64,000 bases of DNA from Phoronis australis (taxonomy: Eukaryota; Animalia; Phoronida). The position numbers and the translations under genes are program-made. A model generated the notes under the pieces. That model was not told the origin of the DNA. It searched no databases and saw only the letters and a program-made list of their open reading frames with translations. Positions 52,135 to 63,337 of the stretch are shown piece after piece. Numbering within the stretch: the stretch's first letter is position 1; the number at the start of each line of letters is the position of its first letter. Location: contig NMRA01000119.1 of NCBI GenBank assembly GCA_002633005.1, forward strand, positions 580,698 to 644,697, in the 5' to 3' direction.

Positions 52135-52817
52135 CACAGGCGTCCTCAGCTTCTGATCGTCCTCAATACACTATATATAATTACTACGAGGTATGACACT
52201 CCGGACTAGACATTTCACGGGTGCTTCATAGCAAACACAAAACTCAATAAATTTACAAAAAACAGAGGTTCAAAAACCATGAGGTATTGTTTTTTCTCCC
52301 AATACCATTTACGGTGTCCTGCTCCCACGAGTTCGCAAGAAATTCGAGGTCAAAGCACAAAAATCTTCCCAAAAAGCTCGTCCTGAGCAACTCCCTTGTC
52401 TCACGCGCAGGGTATGGAATTATCCAATGAGTTACGGATGAACGGCAATTTCCAATTCATCACGGAAAGTCACGGCATCGATAACTCGGCAACTGCCGTT
52501 CATCCGTAACTCATCGGATAATTCCGTACCCTGCGCGTGAGACCAAGGAGTTGCTCCGGACGAGCTTTTTGGGAAGATTTTTGTGCTTTGACCGCGAATT
52601 TCTTGCAAACTCGGTAGAGCAGGACACCGTAAATAGTATTGGGAGAAAGAACAATTCCTCATGGTTTGTTGAATCTATGTTTTGTATAAATTTATTGAGT
52701 TTTGTATTTGCTAAGGATGGCTGAAGTGAAGCACCCGTGGAATTTCTAGTCCGAAGTGTCATACCTTGTAGTATCATATAGTGTATAGGGGACGATCAGA
52801 AACTGAGGACGCCTGTG
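52135..52817. mobile_element. 683-bp almost fully palindromic MITE with 8-bp TSD (P- or hAT-like)
   Basis: CACAGGCGTCCTCAG...CTGAGGACGCCTGTG; GCAGCAAC at 52127-52134 and 52818-52825; arms pair over ~320 bp. Confidence 0.85.
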
Positions 52818-52855
52818 GCAGCAACCTGTAAACTTATTTCATTATTAAAGTCCTG

Positions 52856-53256
52856 GGCCCGGTCTCCAATCTTTTTACTCGAAATGGAACTCGAAATTAG
52901 GTTTGACATTTTCTACTCTACTTTTGGGTGAACTCAAGATCAGTGTCTATTATTCTATGCTCGAGTACACAATAACTTGTGTAGATAATTTATTGCTCTT
53001 AGTTCACAGTTTGTAAACCCAATATTAAAGCAATAAGTTCGAGTTTGAACTCGAAATTTCGAGTTTTTACTCAAGTTTGTAGCAAGAATATAAGGGTCTT
53101 CAAGGGCAAACTTGAACTAGAAACTCCTATGCATAAACTATAATGTATTCGAGCACAGTCTGATAACCAATTATCTTAAGTTCGCACAAAAGGAGCAGAG
53201 AAATTGCCAAAAATAGTTTCGAGTTCGTTTCGAGTACAAAGATTAGAGACCGGGCC
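52856..53256. mobile_element. PIF/Harbinger-like MITE, 3-bp TSD CTG
   Basis: GGCCCGGTCTCCAATCTTTTTACTCGAAA / TTTCGAGTACAAAGATTAGAGACCGGGCC; relatives at 57834-58227, ~39231-39520, ~42185-42330 and ~44680-44880. Confidence 0.75.
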
Positions 53257-54029
53257 CTGGTCTCAAACTGCCCATGTGGTTCCAGTATCCGAAAATACTT
53301 ACTACATAAAATCTTATTTTGGACACCCTTTCTTTACATTCTTTTCGCCTTTCTTGCCAAAAGCGATTTTTTAACAGTATTTGACCCTCCTCCGTGAGCG
53401 TATAATTACCGGCTATCATCGGTTATTTCCGTACCCACATTTCCGGCTCATCAGTTCAGGAAGTTGTCTTGAACGCCGCCATTTTTTCCTTGTAACTGAA
53501 TGTGCTATCGCTTGCTCGAAAAGTCTTCATTATTTTGTTTTATTAGTAATATCTCGTTTGTGTGTGTGGTGTATTTATAGTTTGTAGTTAGTGGTCGTTG
53601 ATTTTTTTTGGAATGTTACGCGTACTTATTATGTTAAAATAGCATTGGTGTTTAGTTCCTTACGTAGGGTGGTCGAACCTAGGATCCAATATGAGTCGAA
53701 CCAATTTTTGTCGTTTTGATTTTTTTTCTTGTTTTGAAAAAGTACTTTGCTATCATTGCAAAGTTAGTGCATTCCACTCAGTAAAAAATGAAAAGTATCA
53801 AAATCGGGGCAAGCAGTGTAGTGTTATTGCAATTTTTGTGGCGAAATTTGGGTCACTTTGTTTGGATCGCGTCGGCCATATTGGAGGACAGCAGGATAAG
53901 TTACGAGTTTAAAACTTTGTGTAAATTGTTTTCGCCAACAATTTACGGTGAAATTTAGTGAGACATATCTTTACTTATTATTCTGCACGATTCAACAGTT
54001 TTCACCAAATTTCAGCCTCGCAGTTGTTA

Positions 54030-54900
54030 CTTATTAAGTGATAAATGTCACGTGTGGTCACAATTTCCGTTGGCGGCACCGACAACATGGCGACTCAAGA
54101 TGGAGGAAGACCGAGTAAGTCAATGTCTGCCATGTCAGGCTAACACAAACCGTTCAGAAAGGCATCAACCATTGATGATGACAGAACTTCCTCAAGGACC
54201 GTGGCAAGAAATTGCTGTAGATTTCTTCGGACCAATCCCTGGAACAGGTGAATACCTACTAGTTGTGATCGACGAATACAGTCGCTATCCTGAAGTTAAG
54301 GTAGTATCGACAACCTCAACTAAAGCAGTAGTTCCCAAAGTTGATGCGATACTTGCCAGACAAGGTATTCCCAGCATTGTCAAAAGTGACAACGGCCCAC
54401 CATTCAACGGGAAGGAAATCACCCAGTTTGTCAACTATCTAGGTTTTCGCTATCGCAAAGTAACACCTCTACACCCAGAAGCCAATGGTGAAGTTAAGAA
54501 GTTTATGCAGTCCATGGGCAAACAAGTCAGAATCGCTCATCAGGAGGGTAAGAGTAGGACCCAGGAGTTGATAAAATTCTTGCGGCAATACAGAGCGACC
54601 ACTCACTCCACCACCGGATTATCCCTATTTGAAGCACTGTATGGAAGACCAATGAGGACACAATTACCCCCAGATACTTGCACCCATGCCTGATGAAGAG
54701 ATGAGAAGAAAAGATGCTCTCAACAAACACAAAATGAAACAGTATACTGATTCACGCCGTGGTGCTCGCGACTCCGGTGTGAAAAGAGGAGACACCGTCC
54801 TAGTACGACAGCAAGGAGGCAAGCTGACCCCGGTGAGAACTCTTGGAGCTTCATACAATTGAAGTACTTCGTGGTTATAGCGCGCCTTGACAAGGATTAT
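54030..54900 (+). mobile_element. Internally deleted Gypsy LTR retrotransposon: LTR end, PBS, integrase
   Basis: ...ACAACA|TGGCGAC (LTR end/PBS at 54087/54088) directly followed by CLPC, GPWQEIAVDFFGP, VIDEYSRYPEV, SDNGPPF, HPEANGEVKKF (K where the catalytic E is expected). Confidence 0.85.
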
Positions 54901-54995
54901 GCCGACCAAAAGTGAAGATGGAATTCTTCTCTAAAATCCTCTCAATTTCCGAAGAAAAGCTTCATCAAAGTCAAGTGACAACTTTAAGTGCAAAA

Positions 54996-55157
54996 CAGGG
55001 GGATCCAGGATTTTGAGTTAGGGGGGCCAGGACAGACTATTACTAGCCATGCAGGATTTTGCCCGTCAGACGTTCGCACCCCCGAACTGCCAAATGGAAT
55101 CTAGGAGAATTTTAGAGGAACCATGACCCCCTTGGTCCCCCTCTAAATCCGCCACTG
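54996..55157. mobile_element. hAT5-like MITE with 5-bp TSD (CAAAA)
   Basis: CAGGGGGATCCAGGATTTTGAG...AAATCCGCCACTG; CAAAA on both flanks. Confidence 0.75.
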
Positions 55158-56345
55158 CAAAATGTATTTTTGAAGTGGTGGAAACCTCTTATTCGGTGAG
55201 CGGATTTGGCCTACTACCCGAATAAACTATACTGGACGGAGTTAACATGGAAACCGATGAGGAGTGTTGTAGCCCCTGTATAGACAGCCGAGTGGCGACG
55301 TGTTGCTTACCTGTAATGTAATATTAGTTAGTTCTCAGTGCTATGTACGAGGAAGAACTTCAATAGATAGGCTGTTGTCCTCTCTTTGAAACAGTCTGTA
55401 TTTTTTATGTTTGATATGGTGTTCTCCAAAAAGGCTGAAAACACCTCTGCGGCACCTGATATTGATTATGTATGGTCGTGTTAGATTTCGTGGAAACTAT
55501 TAAAGCTGTAACGTAGATAAAAAAAAATTCTGTTCATGCTGGGAATATATTATTCACAACTGATTCGTGGGTATAACGAATCCTATTACTTTTTCAGTTA
55601 AGTTAGATTGACAATCATTTCATTCGCACGACACAGATATGCGGGCCATTGAACTGTTCGTTTTTTTGTCATCATAGTGAATATAAAACACGTTTGAATT
55701 AATTATTCATAGATGTTGTATATGGTGCTCAGCCACTGTGGCGACGGACCCGGGCATCCACATTGGGGAAGGGGGTATCCAACCACTATGTATAATATTT
55801 TTGGAAATAGTGACTGAATTGCAGTTGAATTAAATAAAGAATCTAGTTTATGCTTCACCTTTTTACTTTTATTATTAATAGTACAGGCCCGTAGCCGAGG
55901 GGAGGGTTCGGGGGGTTCGATCGAACCCCGACCCCGCTGAAAAGGTCCACCCTCCAGCATATTCGTTAAAGATAGGTTTTAATTGGACAATAACAACAAA
56001 ATTGTTGCAGCTACTGTTGCTAACTACAATGATAACTAAGTTAGCAATAATTTTGAATTCGCTTCTGATTCAAACCGCGTCACGTGGCTTCGGACCGAAC
56101 TCGGCAAACTTCGCCCCAGTGCAGCGGTTTGTGTAGATGACAGGATTGTGCATACGATAAGAGGAGGATTTATGTTATTCATAAACCACGCGCGTGGTGG
56201 CTACAACAAAGGGTAACAAGTGAGTCCAGAAGTGAATGTCTATACCTAAGCATAAAAGTCTAGCCCAAAGACCTAAGCAAACTTCATGTTAATGTAAATA
56301 ACAACGAGAGAACTCCCAAAAAGTAGTGCGGTGTGAATGCCTTAA

Positions 56346-57248
56346 AGGCGAAGGCAACCTTTTTCCATGTCATTTTGAGCTAAAATAAGGTGGGTTGGCT
56401 ATCCTAGACATATTTTCCACTTAATCACAGCTTTTCGTAATTTTATTAATTACTCGTCCGCTACTCCGGAAGTGACGTTTTAGGAGGCAAGCGTTTCCCG
56501 CCACTTGGTTTTGCGTTGACTTTACCGTGCGAATCTGTTCTATTCTACTTTTGTTTTGTGCTGTTTTTCAACAANNNNNNNNNNNNNNNNNNNNNNNNNN
56601 NNNNNNNNNNNNNNNNNNNNNNNNNNNNNNNNNNNNNNNNNNNNNNNNNNNNNNNNNNNNNNNNNNNNNNNNNNNNNNNNNNNNNNNNNNNNNNNNNNNN
56701 NNNNNNNNNNNNNNNNNNNNNNNNNNNNNNNNNNNNNNNNNNNNNNNNNNNNNNNNNNNNNNNNNNNNNNNNNNNNNNNNNNNNNNNNNNNNNNNNNNNN
56801 NNNNNNNNNNNNNNNNNNNNNNNNNNNNNNNNNNNNNNNNNNNNNNNNNNNNNNNNNNNNNNNNNNNNNNNNNNNNNNNNNNNNNNNNNNNNNNNNNNNN
56901 NNNNNNNNNNNNNNNNNNNNNNNNNNNNNNNNNNNNNNNNNNNNNNNNNNNNNNNNNTCCGGTACGCAGCAACAGTGTGGCATGTTGACTGACTAGTAAA
57001 TGAAAGCAAACGACGACGGAACTTAACACAACCGAGGTAGAACAATGACTGACTCGGCAGCTCTCACAGTCAGACTATATGAAAAGAAATTGGCGCGAAA
57101 TGCTTGCCTCCTAAAACGTCACTTCCGCAGTAGCGGACGAGTAATTAATAAAATTACGAAAAGCTGTAATTAAGTGGAAAATATGTCTAGGATAACCAAC
57201 CAACCTTATTTTAGCTCAAAATGACATGGAAAAAGGTTGCTTTCGCCT
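56346..57248 (-). mobile_element. Kolobok derivative, copy A (gapped), inverted relative to 60445-62110
   Basis: TTAA TSD, AGGCGAA..CCT termini, ~150-bp TIRs nearly identical to copy B; THAP start MPHCCCVP at 56983 runs into Ns (56575-56957). Confidence 0.85.
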
Positions 57249-57833
57249 TTAAACTCAGCCAAGAAACAAAACAGCAAAAATTTGAGATTTGTTATTCTGC
57301 TATTTTTGGTTTAATGGCAACCATAGTACGGTAGAAGTGTAGGCATTTTCAAATTTTGAATTGAAAGTGATCGTCAAATATGCAAATGTGTTGTTCAACC
57401 AGTGTCCATTTTGACTGTTGATTGATGGATTGACGTGTACACGTTTGAAAGTTTCTGTTCTTTTAAATTCAGTACATGCTGACAGTAAGTTCATTATAGG
57501 CAGTCCTCCGTCGTGCTAAAAGCCAGACCTTCAACTACTGTGTTTTCTTGCACTGAGAATACATCGTTGAGCATTTTCACGTTATGATGGAAAGGTAGGC
57601 ATAGAGCTCAACTTTGGTCAATGAAAATCTTCTCTAGTCAACCAATGTCAATGGTGCACAACCCTGCAGACTTCCTACGAGTCACAAACTAGATGGAAAA
57701 GATTTGCAGGGTTCCATGTCACTGTGACGAAGGTTCAATACTCGGAAGGTCCAGTACTCAAAATCTCCATTACTCCGAAGGTCTGTTATCTTCTTAAGAT
57801 CACTACTTTGAATTTCCACTATTCCAAACACTA

Positions 57834-58227
57834 GGCCAGGTCTCTAATCTTTGTACTCGAAACGAACTGGAAATTATTTTTGGCAATTTCTCTGCTTCTT
57901 TTGTGCAAACTCAAGATCAGTGGTTATCAGATTGTGCTCGAATAATTATAGTTCATGCATATGTGTTTCTAGTCCAAGTTTGCACTTAAAAACCCTTATA
58001 TGCGTGCTAGAAACTCGAGTAAAAACTCGAAATTTCGAGTTTAACCTCAAACTTTTAGCTGGATTTGTCAACTGCAAACTAGGACTAATCAATCATCCAC
58101 GTAAGTCATTATGTATTCGAGCATTGAGTAATGGAGACTTATCTTGAGTTCGCACAAAAGTATAGATTAAAAAATGCCAAACATTATTTCGAGTTCTATT
58201 TCGAGTAAAAAGATTCGAGACTGGACC
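57834..58227. mobile_element. PIF/Harbinger-like MITE (inverted copy of 52856-53256)
   Basis: GGCCAGGTCTCTAATCTTTGTACTCGAAA...TTCGAGTAAAAAGATTCGAGACTGGACC. Confidence 0.7.
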
Positions 58228-58254
58228 CAGAATTCCGACAGTTCACTACTTTGG

Positions 58255-58491
58255 CAGAGGCGGATATACAGGGGGGGGTCAAACCCCCCCCTCGGGACAG
58301 GATCAAAAATAAAAACTGGAAAAAAATCGCCGGAAAAACGAAATTAGCTGCTAAAAATCCCAAAATTTCTTACACTGGAGGAGGGAAACCCTCTCGCGAC
58401 CTTCCTTCTCCTCGGCGCTACGCGCCTCGGATTTTCTCGAATCCTAAACCCCCCCCCCCTTACTGAAATCGTACATGTAGATCTGCCACTG
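58255..58491. mobile_element. hAT5-like MITE with 5-bp TSD (TTTGG)
   Basis: CAGAGGCGGAT...AGATCTGCCACTG; TTTGG on both flanks. Confidence 0.75.
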
Positions 58492-59460
58492 TTTGGTTGT
58501 GTGATCACGACTCATTCTCAAGCAGAGACAACATCTGGGGCACGGCTGCGGCGGCCAAGGGCGGTTTCAAATTTAAGAAGACGAAATGGGACTCCCTGGC
58601 TTCGTGAGGACTGGCAGGGACAGGGTGGCCTAGTAACTTCATTTAGTTTCGACCCGGCCGTGTGCGTCGCGCTGCGATTCGATCTTGACATGGCTGATAA
58701 TTCATCATTATTCCTACTTCATATCATTTTAAAATGCAAGTGCGTACTCACATGCGGGCAATATATTTCCCATGCGCATGAAATCTGACTACCGTTTCTG
58801 GTTGTGCTGGCCAGCTGGAGACGGTGGTCAAAGTGTTTCAGTGCCCGCCAGTCGACTCCAGTGGAGCTCCTATAGGCGCTTCGCACTGACTAAAACATCA
58901 AAGCCACATTGTTACAAATACCTTATCAGCATAAAGGGGCAAACTAGGAGGCTGTCGACCTTCCAACTCGAACAAATACTCCCGTTATCAAACTTTTTCT
59001 TCGATCAGTTCTTCGTTTGAAGTTGCCCAAATCGTCAACTAGACATTTTTATGCTGCACGCCCTCCTATTTTTACCGCGCCGGCCTGAGTGTGAGGCATA
59101 ATTCACCTTAAATCTTCCAGCGTATGAAGCTCCTGTTGCTATCGGTGGATGAAACTTGTTATCCATGTCAGGTACCATTATATCCGAGCAGAGTCCTATT
59201 TTTTAATTCTGCCGGTAACTATAGACTTTCTGCAAAAGCTTAATAAAACATATTTCCCATCTGCAGTACTAAAATTGATCAGAACGGTGGTTAAAATTTT
59301 ACAGTCGTAAGTCAACTCACGTGAACGCGGATAGTTCTAGGTGCCATATCAGTCAAGCTAGCAAAAATTGAAAGCCAGTTTGCTATTTATATTTAATTTC
59401 AGGTGGTGAGCTGTAATACTCCACTGAAAAAGGCAAGGTCAAAGACAAGCATATTATCAG

Positions 59461-60219
59461 TGTCAGAATATAGTCTGACAGTATTTTTAATTGTATTGTT
59501 TTGTTTTTTGTTCTGTTTGATTGGCATGACCCCTGAGTTAAGTACAATGATGATGTAATTTGTTTACTACAGAATAGTATCAGTGGAGTTTCTAGAAGAC
59601 TGAGGTCAGAACAGTGATGATGTAATTTGCTTACTACAGTATAGTGTGGAACTTTCTAGAAGACTAGCATGGACAGTACGTGAATAATGCAGTCTGGAAT
59701 ATTCTAGAGACTAGTATATGTTTGTAGAATGATTGGGTAGATACAGGAAAGTTCAAGACTGTGCTTGAATTGATGTAAAGTTCCATAACAATGCATTAGG
59801 CTATAAATACACAAGCAAGGGTTTGTGTTAGGCAGATCAAGTCAGTTCAAGTGAGACCAAGTAAGTTCAAGAAAGTTAATCAGGAGAATTACAGTTGAGT
59901 AACAGTCGGTGAAGAGAATCAGCAGTTACAGCGAGAGTCAATAGAGAGCCAGCTATAGAGACAGCAGGTAATTGAATCAACAGTGTAACAGTTGCTGAAA
60001 GTGTCTCAGAAGTTCATCACAAGTCAAGGCTTCGCGGCACTGGCTGGAGCATAAAACAGACATTACGTTGGACGTTTTGTTTGAGTAGGCTTGTGAACTT
60101 ACGGTCGGGATTAATAAAGGATTAACTCGAACCAGTCTTCAGTCAATCGTAGCACCGAAAGCTATTAGCACCGGTCTGTAACAACCTGCGCCCACCCACA
60201 CACAGGGAAAAACGTGACA
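59461..60219 (+). mobile_element. Solo LTR (759 bp) with 5-bp TSD ATCAG
   Basis: TGTCA...TGACA termini, ATCAG at 59456-59460 and 60220-60224, TATAAA at ~59802, AATAAA at ~60113, duplicated U3-like units TGATGATGTAATTTG. Confidence 0.88.
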
Positions 60220-60709
60220 ATCAGGAAGAGATAACCAGGAAGGGACAACCAGCTAAACCGCCGTTTTTGGTCTCCTTACCCGGACTAATTTCAGGAGTTA
60301 AGTTTCATCAGACAGAGTTAAACTTTTTCTACAGAAAGATATCAAAAAACTCACTTTGCAACCTTAAAAGTGGTGCAATTATACCTTGAAAATATCGACT
60401 TGAGCGCACGCAATCAACATCCCACTCGCAGTCACGGTATTTAAAGGCGAAGGCAACCTTTTTCCTTGTCATTTTGAGCTAAAATAAGGTTGGTTGGTTA
60501 TCCTAGACATATTTTCCACTTAATTATAGCTTTTCGTAATTTTATTAATTACTCGTCCGCTATTCCGGAAGTGACGTTTTAGGAGGCAAGCATTTCGCGC
60601 CAATTTCTTTTCATATAGTCTGACTGTGAGAGCTGCCGAGTCAGTCATTGTTCTACCTCGGTTGTGTTAAGTTCCGTCGTCGTGTGCTTTCATTTACTAG
60701 TCAGTCAAC

Positions 60710-61495
60710 ATGCCACAACGTTGCTGCGTACCGGGATGTACTAATTATCGGCTCACGCGCGCTTTTGGAGTACCTTTGCATCGCTTTCCGATGGATGACA
60801 CACTTCGCCGTACTTGGCTCGTTCGTGTGAAGAACGCAGCGTTACCCGTCCACGCAACGTACAAAGCAGTGGAGAATTACCGTGTGTGTGGCAAGCACTT
60901 TCTGCCGTCCGATTACGAAAGGGAATTGTACGCTGAACTGATGAAGGTCCCTGCGAAACAACGCCTGAAGAAGGATGCCATTCCGTCTGTGTTCATTCCC
61001 GGCAGTGCCCCGTCGCCACCCCCGAGAAGTGCGTTTTTGAAGCGAGAAGCCTCGCGAGCTGTGGTCAGTACAGCAACTGGAGCCAGTGGAAGCACTTCAT
61101 CTACTGTCACCCGTGCCTCCGAACGTACCCCAGAGCGTGCAATTCCTGGAACCAGTAGTGATTCGCCCTGTGCTGTTTTCTCCAGCCCAGAGCCTCTAAG
61201 CAGCCCTGCAGCGATATTGAGTAGTGGGAGTGATAACAGGCTCAGTTCGACACCCAGTGAAGAGGACAGTTCGTCGTCCAGTGAACAAATCGGTGAACCA
61301 AACTTTGATAAGTTTATTGTGGACTTGTCTAAAGTGTTGGAGCTATTTAGAAGGTGCCAGGTGTGTGGCGAGGGAGTCATACGACACGGTGTAAGAAGTT
61401 TGGGTGCTCAGATCACCATCCAGTGGGAGTGTGTCGCGGGACAGTTGTTCCTCTGTCCGTGGTATGTCGGGGGTCCATTTAACTATGTCCAGTAG
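60710..61495 (+). CDS. THAP-domain protein: truncated Kolobok transposase N-terminus (261 aa)
   Basis: THAP signature CCVPGC..LHRFP..W..VCGKHF..LKKDAIPSVF, Ser/Pro-rich linker, then FIVD..LELFRRCQVCG..WECVAG; the last ~17 aa derive from antisense KolX. Confidence 0.8.
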   Translation: MPQRCCVPGCTNYRLTRAFGVPLHRFPMDDTLRRTWLVRVKNAALPVHATYKAVENYRVCGKHFLPSDYERELYAELMKVPAKQRLKKDAIPSVFIPGSAPSPPPRSAFLKREASRAVVSTATGASGSTSSTVTRASERTPERAIPGTSSDSPCAVFSSPEPLSSPAAILSSGSDNRLSSTPSEEDSSSSSEQIGEPNFDKFIVDLSKVLELFRRCQVCGEGVIRHGVRSLGAQITIQWECVAGQLFLCPWYVGGPFNYVQ

Positions 61496-61778
61496 TGGCT
61501 TGGCCTCTTCGAACTCTGAACAGCACAAGCATTCCATTGAGGTAGGTATAACAACGCACACAGTGCATTTGCACCGTCACCACGTCTGTCCTCAGTAGCC
61601 GCCTCGTTTCTCTCAACAGCTGCCTGTGTCTGTGCGTACTCTGTCTCGTTATACTCGGGCTCAAACATGTACCCACCCACTGAATGTCCGTGAAAAATTC
61701 TTCGTCACCACTGCTGTGAACAAGGTCTCCGTCACTCACACTACTGTCACTGTGATACGGGTCACCGACTCCAGCCAT
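61440..61778 (-). pseudogene. KolX-like accessory protein remnant (P2X7 ballast/nanor-like Cys-rich domain)
   Basis: Two frameshifts join MAGVGD...EEF / GYMFEPEY...DRRGD / CKCTVCVVIPTSMECLCCSE, matching YxFEP...WCxCxxCxxxPTxxECxCCxE. Confidence 0.8.
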
Positions 61779-63337
61779 TTTCAGCTTACAACACACTAAA
61801 CAATCCCTAAATCCAACGTAGTTGAGTTCTCTACTAACCTATCTTGCCGCAGAATACTCGCCGATGGAAAGTGGTGGCGACAATTGGTGAAAAATAGCAC
61901 AAAACAAGTAGAATAGAACAGATTCGCACAGTAAACTCAATGCAAAACCAAGTGGCGGGAAACGCTTGCCTCCTAAAACGTCACTTCCGGAATAGCGGAC
62001 GAGTAATTAATAAAATTACGAAAAGCTGTAATTAAGTGAAAATTATGTCTAGGATAACCAACCAACCTTATTTTAGCTCAAAATGACATGGAAAAAGGTT
62101 GCCTTCGCCTTTAAGCATTTCCGTCGACGTGTACATGGCGCAGTAGTCAAGTACTCCCCTCATTAGCATAACAAATTTGTATGTTGTAAATGGGAGTTTT
62201 AGATTCTCGTCAGTTGTTATATTAAAATGGCGTCCTTACGTGAGTTTGTGACAAAAGAATCTCATTTTGGTAGTTCCTGCCTTTTTAGTGGACTTTTGTC
62301 TAGTTTTCTACTTTTTCGGAGTTTTTGTTTGTCTGAGGCGGACCCGCTTTTTGCCCACTTCGCCATATGGGGAGGGTCGGGGGGAGCTCGCATGCAGTTG
62401 ACTAAATTTTCTCCAGGGTCATGGTATGTGTTAACTGTAACTCAATGTGTGCATGTATGCATGTGTCATTCAATGTTATTCGCTGTATTTTGAGATGAGT
62501 AATTTTTTATGGTTGTGTACTATCGCCTGTGTATGCCTGCCCGAACCATGATTTCATTCATCATGGAACATATAGCGAAAGTAAAATTTATTGATTCATC
62601 TAACAATAACCTCATGATATATAAGATTCCATAAAACTAGTTTACAGCTGATTTTACACCATTATCCTATAAAATCAAAGAAACGTAGGAGTAAGCTTAT
62701 CGTAGGTTTTATGTAAATATGGAAATCAACTATATAAAATACTTTGCCACAGATTTTCATCAATAAATTGTGTGGAGCATCAATATGACAAGTTTAAACC
62801 ACAATAAGCTGGGCTCTACTCTGTTTCCAAAACAGAACAGTGACTGTATCACATATATGCATGCCTGTCTACAAGCATCGACTTTTTATCGACTTTAGTA
62901 GTGACAATGGGAGCTTCTGGACAAAGATCCAAATGAAACTTATAAGGCTTCTCCTGAGTCCAATGAAAATAAGAGCAAAATTGAACGTGTATACTACAGT
63001 CATATACGATTTTCCACTCATTTTGCAAAAGTAAGAGCCATATTCCATTTTTAAAGGCCAATTACCATGCTGCATAGATAACAGATTCGCAAATCCCGAC
63101 ATTTTCTTGGGTACTATCCTACAGCAGGCGTCAATCTCCTAAATTGTCCATTTCAGTTTCTGGTTGGTGTATTGTGCCGACACAACAGCCGATCATGATT
63201 AGCAGACGCCGCACATGCCGCAAATAAAACTTGTCAATTTGGCCAGGTGTTGCCAGCTAATAATGACATCTTTACTTCTGTAAGAGCACAGATTTCGTCC
63301 ATTGAAAGTAATCGGAGTTGGCGGTCCATGTACTATA

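Larger units (their letters stand above)
60445..62110 (+). mobile_element. Internally deleted Kolobok DNA transposon, copy B
   Basis: TTAA TSD (60441-60444, 62111-62114), AG...CT termini, ~150-bp TIRs, convergent THAP-transposase N-terminus (+) and KolX-like remnant (-); no DDE domain. Confidence 0.9.

Noticed and set aside
60913-61380. 155-aa minus-strand ORF
   Set aside because: Antisense shadow of the Ser/Pro-rich THAP linker; no recognisable motif.
60445-62110. piggyBac (TTAA) or P-element (THAP) classification
   Set aside because: Termini are AG..CT rather than CC..GG, the TSD is TTAA rather than 8 bp, and the convergent KolX-like ORF indicates Kolobok.
62840-63330. Weak protein-like stretches (also 20783-21333, 50210-50450, 58501-59100)
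   Set aside because: Stops in all frames and no motif I can recognise; a tBLASTx search would be needed.
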